Below are positions 20,333 to 31,228 of a stretch of 64,000 nt of DNA, one piece after another; the stretch's first letter is position 1; each line of letters opens with the position of its first letter. The notes under the pieces are model-generated. The model made no database searches, was not told where the DNA came from, and saw nothing but the letters and a program-made list of their open reading frames with translations. A program made the position numbers and the translations under genes. Source of the stretch: Kiritimatiellia bacterium (GTDB lineage Bacteria > Verrucomicrobiota > Kiritimatiellia > RFP12 > JBMNHG01); NCBI GenBank assembly GCA_050950285.1, contig JBMNHG010000008.1:124001-188000 (forward strand), read 5' to 3'.

Positions 20333-21265
20333 ATGCGATTCAAGCGCAAATCCTCCCCCTCCCGCGCCCGGAAGGCGCGCGCCCCCAAGCCGCGTCCGGT
20401 CCGCCGCCGCCGCCTTCGCCGGGCTCGCTTGCGCCACGTGGCGATCCCGAGCATCCCGCTCCGGACGATGGCGCCCAACGCGATCACGATGGCCGCCGCC
20501 GGCTTCGGCATCCTCTCCATCCTTCTCGCCCAGCGCGCCTACATGGGCGAGGGGACGTGGCGCGCCCCGCTGGTGGCCCTCTTCCTCTCCGGCGTGTGCG
20601 ACTTCTGCGACGGCGGCGTGGCGCGCCTGCTGAAGGCCACGTCGCGGATCGGCGCCGAGCTGGACTCGCTTGCCGACTTCGTGAACTTCGGCGTCGCGCC
20701 CGCCATGCTCACCTACTACTGGATCCTCCCGACCCTCGGGGATCTGCCCAGGAACTCCTGGATCACCCCGCCCGTGCTGGCCTTCATCGCCATCCTCTAC
20801 GCGATGGCCTGCGTCTTCCGCCTCGCGCGCTTCAACGCGCTCCTCGAGGAGCCCACGGCCCCGCGCTGGCAACGCTACTTCATGGGGGTCCCCGCCCCCG
20901 GAGGCGGCTACCTCCTGCTCACCCCGCTCCTTCTCTGGGTCGGCTTCGGCGAACGCCACGACTTCCTCCGCAGCCCGCACCTCGGCATCTTCCTGCTGCT
21001 CTCCGTAGGCGCCCTCATGGTGTCGAAGGTGCCCACCTTCGCCCTGAAACACTTCCGCGCCTCGCGCCGCTTCCTGATCGGAGCCACTTTCCTCGTTCTC
21101 GCGGGATTCCTCGTCTTTGGCTTCTGCGCGACCGTCGGCCTCGTCGGCCTCCTCTACATGCTCTCCATCCCCTTCGTCGCCGTTGCCGGCGCCCGCTTGC
21201 CGGACGAAGTCGAAGAAGCCGCGCTCGATACGCCGGAAAATGCGGCGGATTCCCCCCGCCCCTAG
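20333..21265 (+). CDS. pssA: CDP-diacylglycerol--serine O-phosphatidyltransferase
   Basis: PNAIT, DFCDGGVARLL..IGAELDSLADFVNFGVAP CDP-alcohol phosphotransferase motif, RLARFN; Arg-rich N-terminus so start uncertain. Confidence 0.9.
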   Translation: MRFKRKSSPSRARKARAPKPRPVRRRRLRRARLRHVAIPSIPLRTMAPNAITMAAAGFGILSILLAQRAYMGEGTWRAPLVALFLSGVCDFCDGGVARLLKATSRIGAELDSLADFVNFGVAPAMLTYYWILPTLGDLPRNSWITPPVLAFIAILYAMACVFRLARFNALLEEPTAPRWQRYFMGVPAPGGGYLLLTPLLLWVGFGERHDFLRSPHLGIFLLLSVGALMVSKVPTFALKHFRASRRFLIGATFLVLAGFLVFGFCATVGLVGLLYMLSIPFVAVAGARLPDEVEEAALDTPENAADSPRP

Positions 21266-21312
21266 CGCCGATCCCGGTCCATGTCTTTCATCCACGCCCC
21301 CGAGGAACCGTC

Positions 21313-21819
21313 ATGAAACGAACTTTCGTCCTTCTCGCCGCCTGCGCCCTCGCCCTGTCCCTCTCCGCCGGAGAAACGGCGGCTCCCGCCACGGCCGAAG
21401 CCCCTTCCGCCGAAGCCGCCCAGGCGCCGGCGCCCGCCGACGAGGCGGCCGGGCTTCGCGCCGAGCGCGCCACCGTCCTCGCCTCGCTTCGCGAATCGGG
21501 CGCGAAGACGACGAAGGCCCGCCAGGAGGCGGAGAGGACCAACCCCGAACTCGCCGCCAAGGTCGAGGAAATCCAGAAGCTCGAAGCCGCCGTTTCCGCC
21601 GCCCGGAAGGAATACCGCGCCATCGCCGAAAGCCTCCCCCAAATCAAGGCGATCCGGGAGGCCGACCAGGCCAGCTACGCGCGCCTCCGCGAGATCGACG
21701 AGCGCCTCCGCGAAATCGATCCCTCGTCCGTCCCGCCCCGCCGCACCGATCCGCCTCCCAAAGCGCCGCGCACCTTCGAGCGCCCCCGTCCCTCCGCGAA
21801 GGCCAAAGCCGCCGAATAA
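21313..21819 (+). CDS. Secreted coiled-coil hypothetical protein
   Basis: GAGGA RBS, signal peptide [19 protein letters not shown], helical Ala/Glu/Arg-rich body. Confidence 0.7.
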   Translation: MKRTFVLLAACALALSLSAGETAAPATAEAPSAEAAQAPAPADEAAGLRAERATVLASLRESGAKTTKARQEAERTNPELAAKVEEIQKLEAAVSAARKEYRAIAESLPQIKAIREADQASYARLREIDERLREIDPSSVPPRRTDPPPKAPRTFERPRPSAKAKAAE

Positions 21820-21823
21820 GCCC

Positions 21824-22867
21824 ATGACACGCACGCTTCGCCTTGTTGCTCCGCCGCTCCTCGCGACGGCGCTCCTCCTCTTCCTCTCCGGCTGCGCGCG
21901 CTCCGGCGGGGACGCCCCCTCGCTCCTGAACGTCTCGTACGACCCCACCCGCGAGTTCTACCAGGCCTACAACCGCCTCTTCGTCGAGCGGTGGCGCGCA
22001 CGGACCGGCGAAACCGTCGAAATCCGCCAGTCGCACGGCGGTTCCGGGAAACAGGCGCGTTCGGTGATCGACGGACTCCCCGCCGACGTGGTGACGCTCG
22101 CCCTCGCCTACGACGTGGACGCCATCGCCGACCACGCCCGGCTTCTCCCGGCAGACTGGCAGTCGCGCCTCCCCCGCAACAGCGCACCGTACCTCTCCAC
22201 CCTCGCCTTCCTCGTGCGCAAAGGCAACCCCAAGGGCATCCGCGACTGGGACGACCTCGCCCGCGACGGCGTCTCCGTGATCACCCCGAACCCGAAGACT
22301 TCCGGCGTCGCCCGCTGGAACTACCTCGCCGCCTGGGGCTACGCCCTCCGCGCCTCCGGCGGCGACGCCGCGCAGGCCGAGGACTTCGTGCGCCGCCTCT
22401 TCCGCAATGTCCCCGTGCTCGACTCAGGCGCGCGCGGCGCCACCACCACCTTCATCGAACGCGGCATCGGCGACGTGCTGGTGAACTGGGAGAACGAACT
22501 CCTGCTGGTGACCCGCACCCTGCGCCCCGGCGAGTTCGACATCGTCCTCCCCTCCGAAAGCATCCTCGCCGAGCCCGTCGTGGCCTGGGTGGACCGGGTG
22601 ACCGACCGCCGCGGCACGACCGCCCTCGCCAAGGCCTACCTCGAAGGCCTCTACTCGCCCGAGGCCCAGGAACTCGCCGCATCCCACTTCTATCGCCCCT
22701 CCGATCCCGCGGTCCTCGAACGGCACGCCGCCCTCTTCCCGCCGATGGAACTCTTCACCGTGGACGAACTCTTCGGCGGATGGCGCCAGGCCCATGCCGA
22801 CCACTTCGCCGACGGCGCCTCCTTCGACCGCATCTACGCCCCGCAGACATCCCCGACACAACCATGA
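21824..22867 (+). CDS. sbp: Sulfate ABC transporter substrate-binding protein
   Basis: [54 protein letters not shown]; lipobox LSGC. Confidence 0.95.
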   Translation: MTRTLRLVAPPLLATALLLFLSGCARSGGDAPSLLNVSYDPTREFYQAYNRLFVERWRARTGETVEIRQSHGGSGKQARSVIDGLPADVVTLALAYDVDAIADHARLLPADWQSRLPRNSAPYLSTLAFLVRKGNPKGIRDWDDLARDGVSVITPNPKTSGVARWNYLAAWGYALRASGGDAAQAEDFVRRLFRNVPVLDSGARGATTTFIERGIGDVLVNWENELLLVTRTLRPGEFDIVLPSESILAEPVVAWVDRVTDRRGTTALAKAYLEGLYSPEAQELAASHFYRPSDPAVLERHAALFPPMELFTVDELFGGWRQAHADHFADGASFDRIYAPQTSPTQP

Positions 22868-23805
22868 AATCCGGAATCTCCGATACCATCCTCGATGCGC
22901 TCGGCGGCACGCCGCTCGTCCGCCTCCATCGCATGGTGGACGCCTCCTGCGCCGAAGTGCTGGTGAAATTCGAAGCCCTGGAAGTGGGTGGATCCATCAA
23001 GACCCGCACCGCCTACAACATGATCCTCGACGCCGAACGCCGCGGACTCATCGGCCCCGGATCCATCATCGTCGAGCCCACCAGCGGCAACCAGGGCATC
23101 GGCCTCGCCCTCGTCGGCGCCGTGAAAGGCTACCGCACCATCATCGTCATGCCCGACTCCGTGAGCCACGAACGCCGCAAGCTCGTCCGCCACTACGGCG
23201 CCGAGGTCGTGCTCGTGCATGACGACGGCGACATCGGCGAGTGCATCCAGGTGTGCATCGCCACGGCCGAGAAGATGGCGCGCGAAAATCCGAAGGTCTT
23301 CGTCCCCCAGCAGTTCAAGAACCCCGCCAATCCCGACGTCCAACGCCACGTCACCGCCCCCGAAATCCTCAGGCAGGCGCAACGCCCCATCCATGGCTTC
23401 TGCTCCGGCATCGGCACCGGGGGCTCCATCACCGGCATCGGCGAAGTCCTGCGCCGCGAAAACCCCGATATCCTCATCTGGGCCGTCGAACCCGCGAACG
23501 CCGCCATCCTCGCGGGCGGTACCGTCGGGACCCACCTCCAGATGGGCATCGGCGACGGTCTCATCCCCGACGTGCTGAACCGCTCCATCTACGACGACAT
23601 CTGCATCGTCGAGGACGACGAGGCCATCCGCGCCTCGCGGGATCTCGCGCGCAAGGAAGGCCTGCTCGCCGGCATTTCCTCCGGAACCAACGTCGCCGCC
23701 GCCATCCGCCTCGCCCGGAAGCTCGGTCCCGGCAAGACCGTCGTGACCCTCCTCCCCGACACCGCCGAACGCTACTTCAGCACCCCCTTGTTCGAAGACG
23801 GATGA
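22864..23805 (+). CDS. cysK: Cysteine synthase (O-acetylserine sulfhydrylase family)
   Basis: [18 protein letters not shown]-lysine, [39 protein letters not shown] overlap with sbp. Confidence 0.88.
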   Translation: MKSGISDTILDALGGTPLVRLHRMVDASCAEVLVKFEALEVGGSIKTRTAYNMILDAERRGLIGPGSIIVEPTSGNQGIGLALVGAVKGYRTIIVMPDSVSHERRKLVRHYGAEVVLVHDDGDIGECIQVCIATAEKMARENPKVFVPQQFKNPANPDVQRHVTAPEILRQAQRPIHGFCSGIGTGGSITGIGEVLRRENPDILIWAVEPANAAILAGGTVGTHLQMGIGDGLIPDVLNRSIYDDICIVEDDEAIRASRDLARKEGLLAGISSGTNVAAAIRLARKLGPGKTVVTLLPDTAERYFSTPLFEDG

Positions 23806-23825
23806 GGCGCTTGCAAAACCCCTCG

Positions 23826-23853
23826 CCCCTGGGGACCGCCGTCCCCGGCGGGC
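23826..23853. repeat. REP-like palindromic intergenic repeat, copy 1
   Basis: 27/28 identical to 31742-31769; hairpin CCGCCG-TCCC-CGGCGG. Confidence 0.6.
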
Positions 23854-23951
23854 CGGGATGGAGGAACCATTGCGCCGGGCCGTCGGCTCCCGTACAATGC
23901 CCCCTCCCCCGCGTTCACGCCTCCGGCCCACACAGAACCAAGGATCCGCCC

Positions 23952-25004
23952 ATGCACGTTCATCCCCGCTTCCTTCACTTCGTTGTGCTCCTCGCCCTCG
24001 CCCCCCTGGGCCTTCTCGCCGGGGCGGACGACTTCTTCTCCTGGGGCAACGTCTGTACCGAACAGCGCGACGCCCGCTGGAGCTTCACCTACGGGATGGT
24101 CGCCGACATGAACGGCGACGTCACCGAGACCACCCGCCCCTACTACGACGCCGTCGGCCGCTCCGCCGACAACGCCCTCGCCGAGCGCTATTCGCTGGCC
24201 GATTTCGACATCGACAGCGGCTATTCCCTCTTCGGCGTGCAGTTCGACAAACACTACCGCTTCTTCAGCTTCCACGGGTCCCTCTCCCTCCTCGACCTCT
24301 CCACCTCCACCACCGCGAAGCGCCACTACTACCTTTCGGTGTATGACGACATCGACTACGGCGGACAGACGTACGACCACCTGATGATCCGTGACGGCCA
24401 GCCCTTCGACGCCGAATTCTTCGGGGGCATCCTGGGCCTCTCCTTCGATTTCACCCCCTTCACCCTTTCGTTCGCGGAGTGGGCGCGCATCGCCCCCTTC
24501 GTCGACATCGGCCTCATGGGCATCGTCGGCCAGTATGAAATCGACGCCGGGAACCCCGTGGGCACCACCGTCTACCAAAACCCGCCCGTGGATTTCGTCG
24601 TCGGCGGCCACGCGGAAAGCCTCATCGGCATCGGCGCTCCGCAGGTCGGCTTCGGCGGGGAATTCACCCTCGGCTGGGACGACGGACTCCAGTGGGTCAA
24701 CCGCGTCGGATTCGACTTCTTCGCCTACGACGGCGACACCGACCTCCTCACCTCGTCCAAGCACCGCAGCAAGCGCGCGGACGTCACCCTTACGACTCTC
24801 ACGTGGGAATCCACCGTGCTGATTCCCCTCGAATCCCTCCGCGCCCTTTCCGTGGGCCTCCGCATCCAGGCCATGGAGTTCGACGGCTCCATCACCTCCG
24901 ACGCCAAGGACACGAAGACGGTCATCGCCCGCCGCGAACGCTTCAACAAGGATATCGCCTTCGACATGGCGACCGTCCTCCTCACCGCCGGATTCACCTT
25001 CTGA
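23952..25004 (+). CDS. Hypothetical outer-membrane beta-barrel-like protein
   Basis: Signal peptide; aromatic/alternating strands; C-terminal LTAGFTF resembles a beta-signal. Confidence 0.65.
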   Translation: MHVHPRFLHFVVLLALAPLGLLAGADDFFSWGNVCTEQRDARWSFTYGMVADMNGDVTETTRPYYDAVGRSADNALAERYSLADFDIDSGYSLFGVQFDKHYRFFSFHGSLSLLDLSTSTTAKRHYYLSVYDDIDYGGQTYDHLMIRDGQPFDAEFFGGILGLSFDFTPFTLSFAEWARIAPFVDIGLMGIVGQYEIDAGNPVGTTVYQNPPVDFVVGGHAESLIGIGAPQVGFGGEFTLGWDDGLQWVNRVGFDFFAYDGDTDLLTSSKHRSKRADVTLTTLTWESTVLIPLESLRALSVGLRIQAMEFDGSITSDAKDTKTVIARRERFNKDIAFDMATVLLTAGFTF

Positions 25005-25195
25005 GGGGGCCGCGAAGCCGTCCGGCCGAACTCCTTTGGCGGGGGCCTTCGGCCCGACGACGAAGGACGGGCTGGATTTTTGGCGCGTTTGTGGCATACT
25101 TCCCCTTTCCCGCTTGCCCGGCCGGGGCGCCAAAGCGGCAGCGAAGGAACGCACGCGCAAGTTGCCCCGGGGTTTGGGGGCCACAGGAGAAAGAT

Positions 25196-26218
25196 ATGGG
25201 TATTACGGTATTGGGAACCGGTAGCTATCTGCCGCCGCACGTCGTGACGAATGACGATATCGCGAAGACGTTGGATACGACGGACGAGTGGATCTACTCG
25301 CATACCGGCATCCGGTCCCGGCACATCGCAGGGGACGGGGAAACGACATCGTCCATGGCCGTCAAGGCCTCCCGCATGGCGCTGGAGGCCGCCGGTGTTT
25401 CCCCCGACGAAATCGGGCTCATCATCCTCGCGACCTCGACCCCCGACTACGCGCCGTTCCCGGCGACCGCCTGCCTGGTCCAGGCGGAACTCGGATGCTC
25501 CGACTGCGGGGCCTACGACTTGCAGGCCGCCTGCGCCGGCTTCATCTATGCGCTCGAACAGGCGCGCGGGTTCGTGAACGGCTACCCCGAACGGAAGGCC
25601 CTGGTGATCGGCTCGGAGTGCCTGTCGCGGATTCTCGACTGGACCGACCGCGCCAGCTGCATCCTCTTCGGCGACGGCGCAGGGGCCGTCGTGCTGGGCA
25701 ACGACGAGCCTGTCGGCGTGGCCATGATGAAGACGCGCGCGACCAGCATCCTCGGCTCGGACGGACACGGGGCGGACTTCATCCTGCGCTCGGGCGGAAC
25801 GCGGGAGGCGTTCCCCCTGGATCCGACGACCGGCATCCCCATACAACCCCCGCCGGCGCAATCCCATCTGATCCTGCAGGGCCACGACGTGTTCGCCTTC
25901 GCCGTGCGGAAGCTGGCGAAGGTCGTCGACGACCTCTGCGCAAGACTGGGGACGACCCCGGACGCGCTGGACCGCGTCTTCGCGCACCAGGCGAACCGGC
26001 GGATCATCGAGGCGACCGCCCGGAGGATGAAGCTCCCCATCGAGAAGTTCTGGTTGAACCTGGAGACGACCGCCAACACGTCGGCGGCCTCCATTCCGCT
26101 TTCGCTCGACCAGGCGGTTCGCGGGGGGGAGTTGCGCCCGGGCATGGAAATCGCGCTCGTCGGATTCGGATCCGGTCTCACCTACGCCGGGACCTATGCC
26201 GTCTGGCCCGAATTCTAA
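25196..26218 (+). CDS. fabH: 3-oxoacyl-ACP synthase III
   Basis: GTGSYLP, TGIRSRH, AACAGF catalytic Cys, LFGDGAGA, HQANRRI, NTSAASIP, GFGSGLT. Confidence 0.95.
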   Translation: MGITVLGTGSYLPPHVVTNDDIAKTLDTTDEWIYSHTGIRSRHIAGDGETTSSMAVKASRMALEAAGVSPDEIGLIILATSTPDYAPFPATACLVQAELGCSDCGAYDLQAACAGFIYALEQARGFVNGYPERKALVIGSECLSRILDWTDRASCILFGDGAGAVVLGNDEPVGVAMMKTRATSILGSDGHGADFILRSGGTREAFPLDPTTGIPIQPPPAQSHLILQGHDVFAFAVRKLAKVVDDLCARLGTTPDALDRVFAHQANRRIIEATARRMKLPIEKFWLNLETTANTSAASIPLSLDQAVRGGELRPGMEIALVGFGSGLTYAGTYAVWPEF

Positions 26219-26227
26219 AGGGACGCG

Positions 26228-26878
26228 ATGGCCAGGAAGCAGACCGGCGGCGAGGAAATCGCCAACACCGTGACCCATGTCGTCGGGTCGCATCTCGGCG
26301 CGGCGATGCTGGCGCTTCTGGTCTGGCAGGGCGTGCGAAGCGGCGTCGACGTGCCGTGGAAGGTGGTGAGCGGAGCGATCTTCGGCTTCAGCATGATCGC
26401 CCTCTACTCGATTTCGGCGGCCTATCACGCGGTGAGGTACGAGCCGGCGAAGCGCGTGCTGCATGTGCTGGACCACATGGCCATCTACCTGCTGATCGCG
26501 GGCAGCTACACCCCGTTCTGCCTGGTGACCCTGCGTCCCGAGCATCCCTGGCTGGCGTGGAGCATCTTCGGGATCGAATGGGGGGGGACGCTGTTGGGCA
26601 TCTTCTTCAAGATCCGCACGACGGGGAAGTTCCGGGCCTTCTCCACATCGGCCTACGTGGTGATGGGATGGGTGGCGCTCGCCGCCATTGTCCCGCTCGT
26701 CCGCACCCTGAGCGGGGCCGGCACGATGTGGCTCGTCCTGGGCGGAGGGCTGTATACGCTGGGATGCATCTTCTACCTCTGGAAGTCCCTGCCGTATTCG
26801 CACATGATCTGGCATCTCTTCGTGCTGGCCGGCTCCATCTGCCACTTCTTCTGCTTCTTCTGGTATGTGATGGCGTGA
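26228..26878 (+). CDS. PAQR / hemolysin III family membrane protein
   Basis: EEIANTVTH, SAAYH, LDHMAIYLLIAGSYTP, HMIWHLFVLAGSICH; about 7 TM. Confidence 0.92.
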   Translation: MARKQTGGEEIANTVTHVVGSHLGAAMLALLVWQGVRSGVDVPWKVVSGAIFGFSMIALYSISAAYHAVRYEPAKRVLHVLDHMAIYLLIAGSYTPFCLVTLRPEHPWLAWSIFGIEWGGTLLGIFFKIRTTGKFRAFSTSAYVVMGWVALAAIVPLVRTLSGAGTMWLVLGGGLYTLGCIFYLWKSLPYSHMIWHLFVLAGSICHFFCFFWYVMA

Positions 26879-26913
26879 CCGGCCGCGCGGAAGGCCTCGA
26901 TCCCTCAATTGGC

Positions 26914-26942
26914 TTGACCCTGCGCGTTCCACCCCGCACAAT
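26914..26942 (+). promoter_or_regulatory. Possible sigma70 promoter
   Basis: TTGACC-17 bp-CACAAT about 100 bp upstream of the oxidoreductase start. Confidence 0.45.
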
Positions 26943-27042
26943 AAGGGTATCTTCCGGGCGCATGCATTCCCGGCGCGCATCCGTGCCGCAGGACGTTGTT
27001 GCCGCCCCCGTATTGATCACATCCACACAACAGGAGACGAAC

Positions 27043-28200
27043 ATGGTTGAGCGCAAACTGAGAATGGGCATGGTTGGCGGCGGAGGCGGCTTCATCGGAA
27101 GCGTGCACCGGATGGCCGCCATGCTGGACAACGAGGCCGTGCTGGTGGCCGGCGCCTTCTCGTCGAAGCCCAGGAAGTCGCTGGAATGGGGCGCCCAATT
27201 CAGGCTCGATCCCTCCCGCGTGTACAAGGACTACAAGGCCATGATCGAGGCCGAGAAGAAGATGCCGGCCGACCGGCGGCTCGACTGGATTTCCATCGTG
27301 GTCCCGAACGCGATGCACTTCCCCATCGCGAAGGCCTGCCTCGAAGCCGGCTTCAACGTGGTGTGCGACAAGCCGATGACCACCTCCCTGGCCGAGGCCA
27401 AGGAGCTCGAGAAGATCGTGAAGAAGACGAAGAAGGTCTTCGTCCTCACCCACAACTACACCGGCTACCCCATGGTGAAGCAGGCGCGCGAGTTCGTGAG
27501 GAACGGCACCCTCGGCAAGATCAACAAGATCGTGGCCGAATACCCGCAGGGCTGGCTGTCCACCCTCATCAACGCCAAGGCCGGCGGCAACGCGCTGAAG
27601 ATGTGGCGCATGGATCCCAAGGTGGCCGGCGGCTCCTGCTGCATGGGCGACCTCGGCACCCACGCCGCAAACCTCGCCTACTACATCACCGGGCTCGAGA
27701 TGACCGAGCTGTGCGCGGACATCACCGCGTTCGTCCCGGGCAACAAGCTGGAAGACGACGGCAACCTGCTCGTCCACTGGCAGGGCGGCGTGAAGGGGCT
27801 TCTCTACGCCTCGCAAATCCAGGCGGGCGAGGAGAACACCCTCCGCATCCACATCTACGGCGACAAGATGGGCCTCACCTGGGTCCAGGAAGACCCGAAC
27901 TACCTGTGGCTCAAGGATCCCGTCGGCACCATCACCCGCTACTCCCGCGGCAACGACAACCTCTGCGACGCCGCCAAGGGGGCCACGCGCCTGCCCTGGG
28001 GCCACCCGGAGGGCTTCATCGAGGCCTTCGCGAACGTCTACCGCGAGGCCTTCAAGGCCATCCGCGCGGAGGTCGCCGGCGAGAAGATCCCCGAGATCGA
28101 CGCCCCCGGCGTGCGCGATGGCATACGCGGCCTCTCTTTCATCGAGACGATCCTGAAGAGCGCCAAGTCCAAGGAGAAGTGGACGAAGATGGTCAAGTAG
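27043..28200 (+). CDS. Gfo/Idh/MocA family oxidoreductase
   Basis: LRMGMVGGG..FIG.VH, VPNAMH, CDKP, GDLGTH, GHPEGFIEAFAN; AGGAG RBS. Confidence 0.92.
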   Translation: MVERKLRMGMVGGGGGFIGSVHRMAAMLDNEAVLVAGAFSSKPRKSLEWGAQFRLDPSRVYKDYKAMIEAEKKMPADRRLDWISIVVPNAMHFPIAKACLEAGFNVVCDKPMTTSLAEAKELEKIVKKTKKVFVLTHNYTGYPMVKQAREFVRNGTLGKINKIVAEYPQGWLSTLINAKAGGNALKMWRMDPKVAGGSCCMGDLGTHAANLAYYITGLEMTELCADITAFVPGNKLEDDGNLLVHWQGGVKGLLYASQIQAGEENTLRIHIYGDKMGLTWVQEDPNYLWLKDPVGTITRYSRGNDNLCDAAKGATRLPWGHPEGFIEAFANVYREAFKAIRAEVAGEKIPEIDAPGVRDGIRGLSFIETILKSAKSKEKWTKMVK

Positions 28201-29284
28201 CCCCTGCAAGTTCCAACGCAAGCTTCGGCGCCTTGGAAAGCGGCAGGTCCGGGAGATCGGCGGCCGCGGCCCATCGCGCCGAAGCGTTTTCCCGGGGCAT
28301 CCCCCGGGAGGGCGCGGGCGCCGCGTAGACGGTCATCTCCAGCTTGAAGTGGCTGTAGACGTGCCGCACGACGCCGCGCCGTCCGATGTCGCCCGCCTTC
28401 GGGACGGGGATGCCGGAGGCGGCCAGCAGGCGCGCGAGTCCGGCCCGGGGCTTCTCGCCCTCCGCCAGGAACCCGCCCGGCAGCTCCCACATCTCGCCAA
28501 GGAACCGCTCGCCCGCCCGTTTGACGAGCAGGAAGCGCCCGTCGCGGCGGCGGAGGACGATCGAAACGGCGCGCCGCACGGGAACCGGCTTCGCCTTGGC
28601 CTTCACGGGCCACGCCTCGGGGGTGCCGGCGGCGAACGCGGCGCAGCGGTCGCTCCAGGGACAGGCGGGGCATTGCGGGGATCGCGGGGAGCAGAGCGTT
28701 TCGCCCAGTTCCATCATCGCCTGGTTGAAGTCGCCCGGATCCGATGCGACGGCGATGCGCGGATCGAGCCACGCCTGCACGGCGGCCCGGGCGGCGGGCG
28801 TGCGGATGCCGGCGTCGAGCACGAGGCGGCGCGCCGTTATGCGCAGGACGTTCCCGTCCACCGCGGGCGTGCGCTCCCCGTGGCAGATCGAGGCGATGGC
28901 CGCGGCCGAATAGGCGCCGATGCCCGGAAGCGAGCGGAGGGTGGGGGAGTCGGACGGGAGGACGCCGCCGAACTCCGCCTCCACGCGCTTCGCGGCGGCG
29001 TGGAGGTTGCGGGCGCGGGAGTAGTAGCCGAGGCCCTGCCAGAGCGCGAGGACGCGCTGGAGGTCGGCGGCGGCAAGGTGCGACACCGTGGGGAAGGCCG
29101 AGAGGAAGCGGTCGAAGTAGCCGCGCACCGTGTCGATGCGCGTCTGCTGGAGCATGATTTCGCTCACCCAGACGCGGTAGGGGTCGGCGGGGCGGGTGCG
29201 CCAGGGGAGGTCGCGCCGCGCACGGGAGAACCAGGCGAGAAGGCGTTCGACGTCATCCTGCGGGGAGGGTCTGGCGTTGCGCAT
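28193..29284 (-). CDS. mutY: A/G-specific adenine glycosylase
   Basis: RDLPWR, WVSEIMLQQT, WQGLGYYSRARNL, LPGIGAYSA, VDGNV, C-x6-C-x2-C-x5-C Fe-S motif, NUDIX-like C-terminus. Confidence 0.95.
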   Translation of the reverse strand: MRNARPSPQDDVERLLAWFSRARRDLPWRTRPADPYRVWVSEIMLQQTRIDTVRGYFDRFLSAFPTVSHLAAADLQRVLALWQGLGYYSRARNLHAAAKRVEAEFGGVLPSDSPTLRSLPGIGAYSAAAIASICHGERTPAVDGNVLRITARRLVLDAGIRTPAARAAVQAWLDPRIAVASDPGDFNQAMMELGETLCSPRSPQCPACPWSDRCAAFAAGTPEAWPVKAKAKPVPVRRAVSIVLRRRDGRFLLVKRAGERFLGEMWELPGGFLAEGEKPRAGLARLLAASGIPVPKAGDIGRRGVVRHVYSHFKLEMTVYAAPAPSRGMPRENASARWAAAADLPDLPLSKAPKLALELAGAT

Positions 29285-29323
29285 GGGCTGCCGCTCAAGG
29301 GATCGGGCGGTTCCGGGAGGGGA

Positions 29324-29731
29324 TCATCCGACCAGGCGGGCATGGACCTTCCGCATGCCATCGGGCTCGGCATAGGAGCCGGGAGCCCACTTCGCGGGAT
29401 GGTCGTTCCAGCGGGGGATCACATGGAAATGCACGTGCGGGACCACCTGCGTGGCGCAGGCGCCGTTCGACTGCATCACGTTGAAGCCGTCGCAGCGCAG
29501 GCGCTCCTTCAACATCCGCGCGACGGCGCGTACCGCCGGGAGAAGGTGGGGGAGGACGTCGTCCGGCAGATCGAGCAGCGTGGGGGCGTGGACTTTGGGG
29601 ATTACGAGCGTGTGGCCCTCTTCGAAGGGGGCGAGGTCGAGGAAGGCGAAGCAATGGTCGTCCTCGTACACGCGGCAGGACGGCGCCTGTCCGGCGGCGA
29701 TTTTGCAGAAGATGCAACCGGGATCGGTCAT
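29324..29731 (-). CDS. HIT family protein
   Basis: CIFCKI, GHTLVIPK, HVHFHVIPR histidine triad. Confidence 0.94.
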   Translation of the reverse strand: MTDPGCIFCKIAAGQAPSCRVYEDDHCFAFLDLAPFEEGHTLVIPKVHAPTLLDLPDDVLPHLLPAVRAVARMLKERLRCDGFNVMQSNGACATQVVPHVHFHVIPRWNDHPAKWAPGSYAEPDGMRKVHARLVG

Positions 29732-29791
29732 GAGTCTCTCCTTTTCCTTGTTGGGGGCGGGAAGGACGCGCCTCCGGGATTCCCGGCGGCG

Positions 29792-31171
29792 CTAGAGTTC
29801 CTTCGCCAGGGCCTCGGCGAGGCCGGTGTAGGTGGCGGGGGTGAGGGCGGCAAGGCGGTCGCGCGCCTCCTGCGGGATGGGCTGGGCGGCGATGAAGTCC
29901 CGGATCGCGGCGGCGTCGATGCGCTTGCCGCGGGTGAGTTCCTTGAGGCGCTCGTAGGCGTCGGCCGCGCCGTACCGCCGAAGCACGGTCTGCACGGGTT
30001 CGGCGAGCACCTCCCAGGCGGCGTCGAGATCGGCGGCGAGCCGTTCCGCGTCCGGCCGGATCTTCCCGAGGCCCTTGCGGCAGGCCGTGCAGGCGAGCAG
30101 GCAATGGCCGAAGGCGGTGCCGAGGGAGCGCAGGACGGTGGAGTCGGTGAGGTCGCGCTGCATGCGCGAGACGGGGAGCTTGCGGGCGAGATGCCCGAGA
30201 AGCGCGTTCGCGATGCCCGCGTTCCCTTCGCTGTTCTCGAAGTCGATCGGATTCACCTTGTGCGGCATGGTGGAGGAACCCACCTCGCCCGCGACGGGGC
30301 GCTGGCGCAGGTAGCCGAGCGAGATGTAGCTCCACGCGTCGCGGTCGAAGTCGAGCAGCACGGTGTTCCAGCGCGCGAGGGCGTCGCACAGTTCGGCGAT
30401 GCCGTCGTGCGGCTCGATCTGCGTGGTGAGCGGGTTCTGCTCGAGGCCGAAGGAGGCAAGGACGCGGCGCGAGAATGCGGGCCAGTCGACCTCCGGGCAG
30501 GCAACGACGTGGGCGTTGTAGTTGCCCACCGCGCCGCTCATCTTGGCGGTCCAGCGAAGCGCGTCGAGCTGGGCGGCCTGGCGGCGCAGCCGCGACACGG
30601 CCACGGCGATCTCCTTGCCCAGGGTCGTCGGCGAGGCCGCTTGGCCGTGGGTGCGGGCGAGCATCGGCAGGGCGGCGGTGTCGCGGGCCAGCGCGGCGAG
30701 GGCCTCCGTGACCTCCTCCTGCGCCGGGCGCAGGATCGCCAGCCCGTCCTTCAGCTGCAGCGAGTGGGAGACGTTGTTGATGTCTTCGGAGGTGCAGGCG
30801 AAGTGGAGGAGGGGCGCGAGATCCGCCATCGACGTGGCCGCCAGCTTCTGGCGCAGGAAGTATTCCACGGCCTTGACGTCGTGGTTCGTGGTGGCTTCGA
30901 TCGCCTTCACGGCGGCGGCGTCGTCCACGGAGAAGCCGTCCGCGATGCGCTGCAGCGCGGCGGCCTCGTCCGCCGAAAGCGCACGCGCTTCGGGGATGCC
31001 GGGCTCGTCGCACAGCGCGCGAAGCCACGCAATCTCCACGCGCACGCGGCGGTGGATCAGACCGGCCTCGGAGAAGACGGCGCGAAGGGGGGCCGTCTGC
31101 CGGGCGTAGCGGCCGTCGAGGGGGCCCAGCGCAACGAGGGAAGCCGAGGGGTCGGGGGCGTCAACAGTCAT
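29792..31171 (-). CDS. purB: Adenylosuccinate lyase
   Basis: PLDGRY, TNHDVKAVEY, HFACTSEDINN, RTHGQ, GSSTMPHKVNPIDFENSEGN, SRMQRDLTDS. Confidence 0.97.
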   Translation of the reverse strand: MTVDAPDPSASLVALGPLDGRYARQTAPLRAVFSEAGLIHRRVRVEIAWLRALCDEPGIPEARALSADEAAALQRIADGFSVDDAAAVKAIEATTNHDVKAVEYFLRQKLAATSMADLAPLLHFACTSEDINNVSHSLQLKDGLAILRPAQEEVTEALAALARDTAALPMLARTHGQAASPTTLGKEIAVAVSRLRRQAAQLDALRWTAKMSGAVGNYNAHVVACPEVDWPAFSRRVLASFGLEQNPLTTQIEPHDGIAELCDALARWNTVLLDFDRDAWSYISLGYLRQRPVAGEVGSSTMPHKVNPIDFENSEGNAGIANALLGHLARKLPVSRMQRDLTDSTVLRSLGTAFGHCLLACTACRKGLGKIRPDAERLAADLDAAWEVLAEPVQTVLRRYGAADAYERLKELTRGKRIDAAAIRDFIAAQPIPQEARDRLAALTPATYTGLAEALAKEL

Positions 31172-31228
31172 GCCATGGACGATAGCAGAACGCCCGTCGC
31201 GGGTCGAGCCCGCTTCGCCGGCGCACCG

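Noticed and set aside
26228..26878. Hemolysin III gene as a virulence toxin
   Set aside because: Family is a widespread PAQR membrane protein; here next to fabH in a housekeeping context
28193..28200. 8-bp convergent overlap of mutY and the oxidoreductase
   Set aside because: Short tail-to-tail overlaps are common
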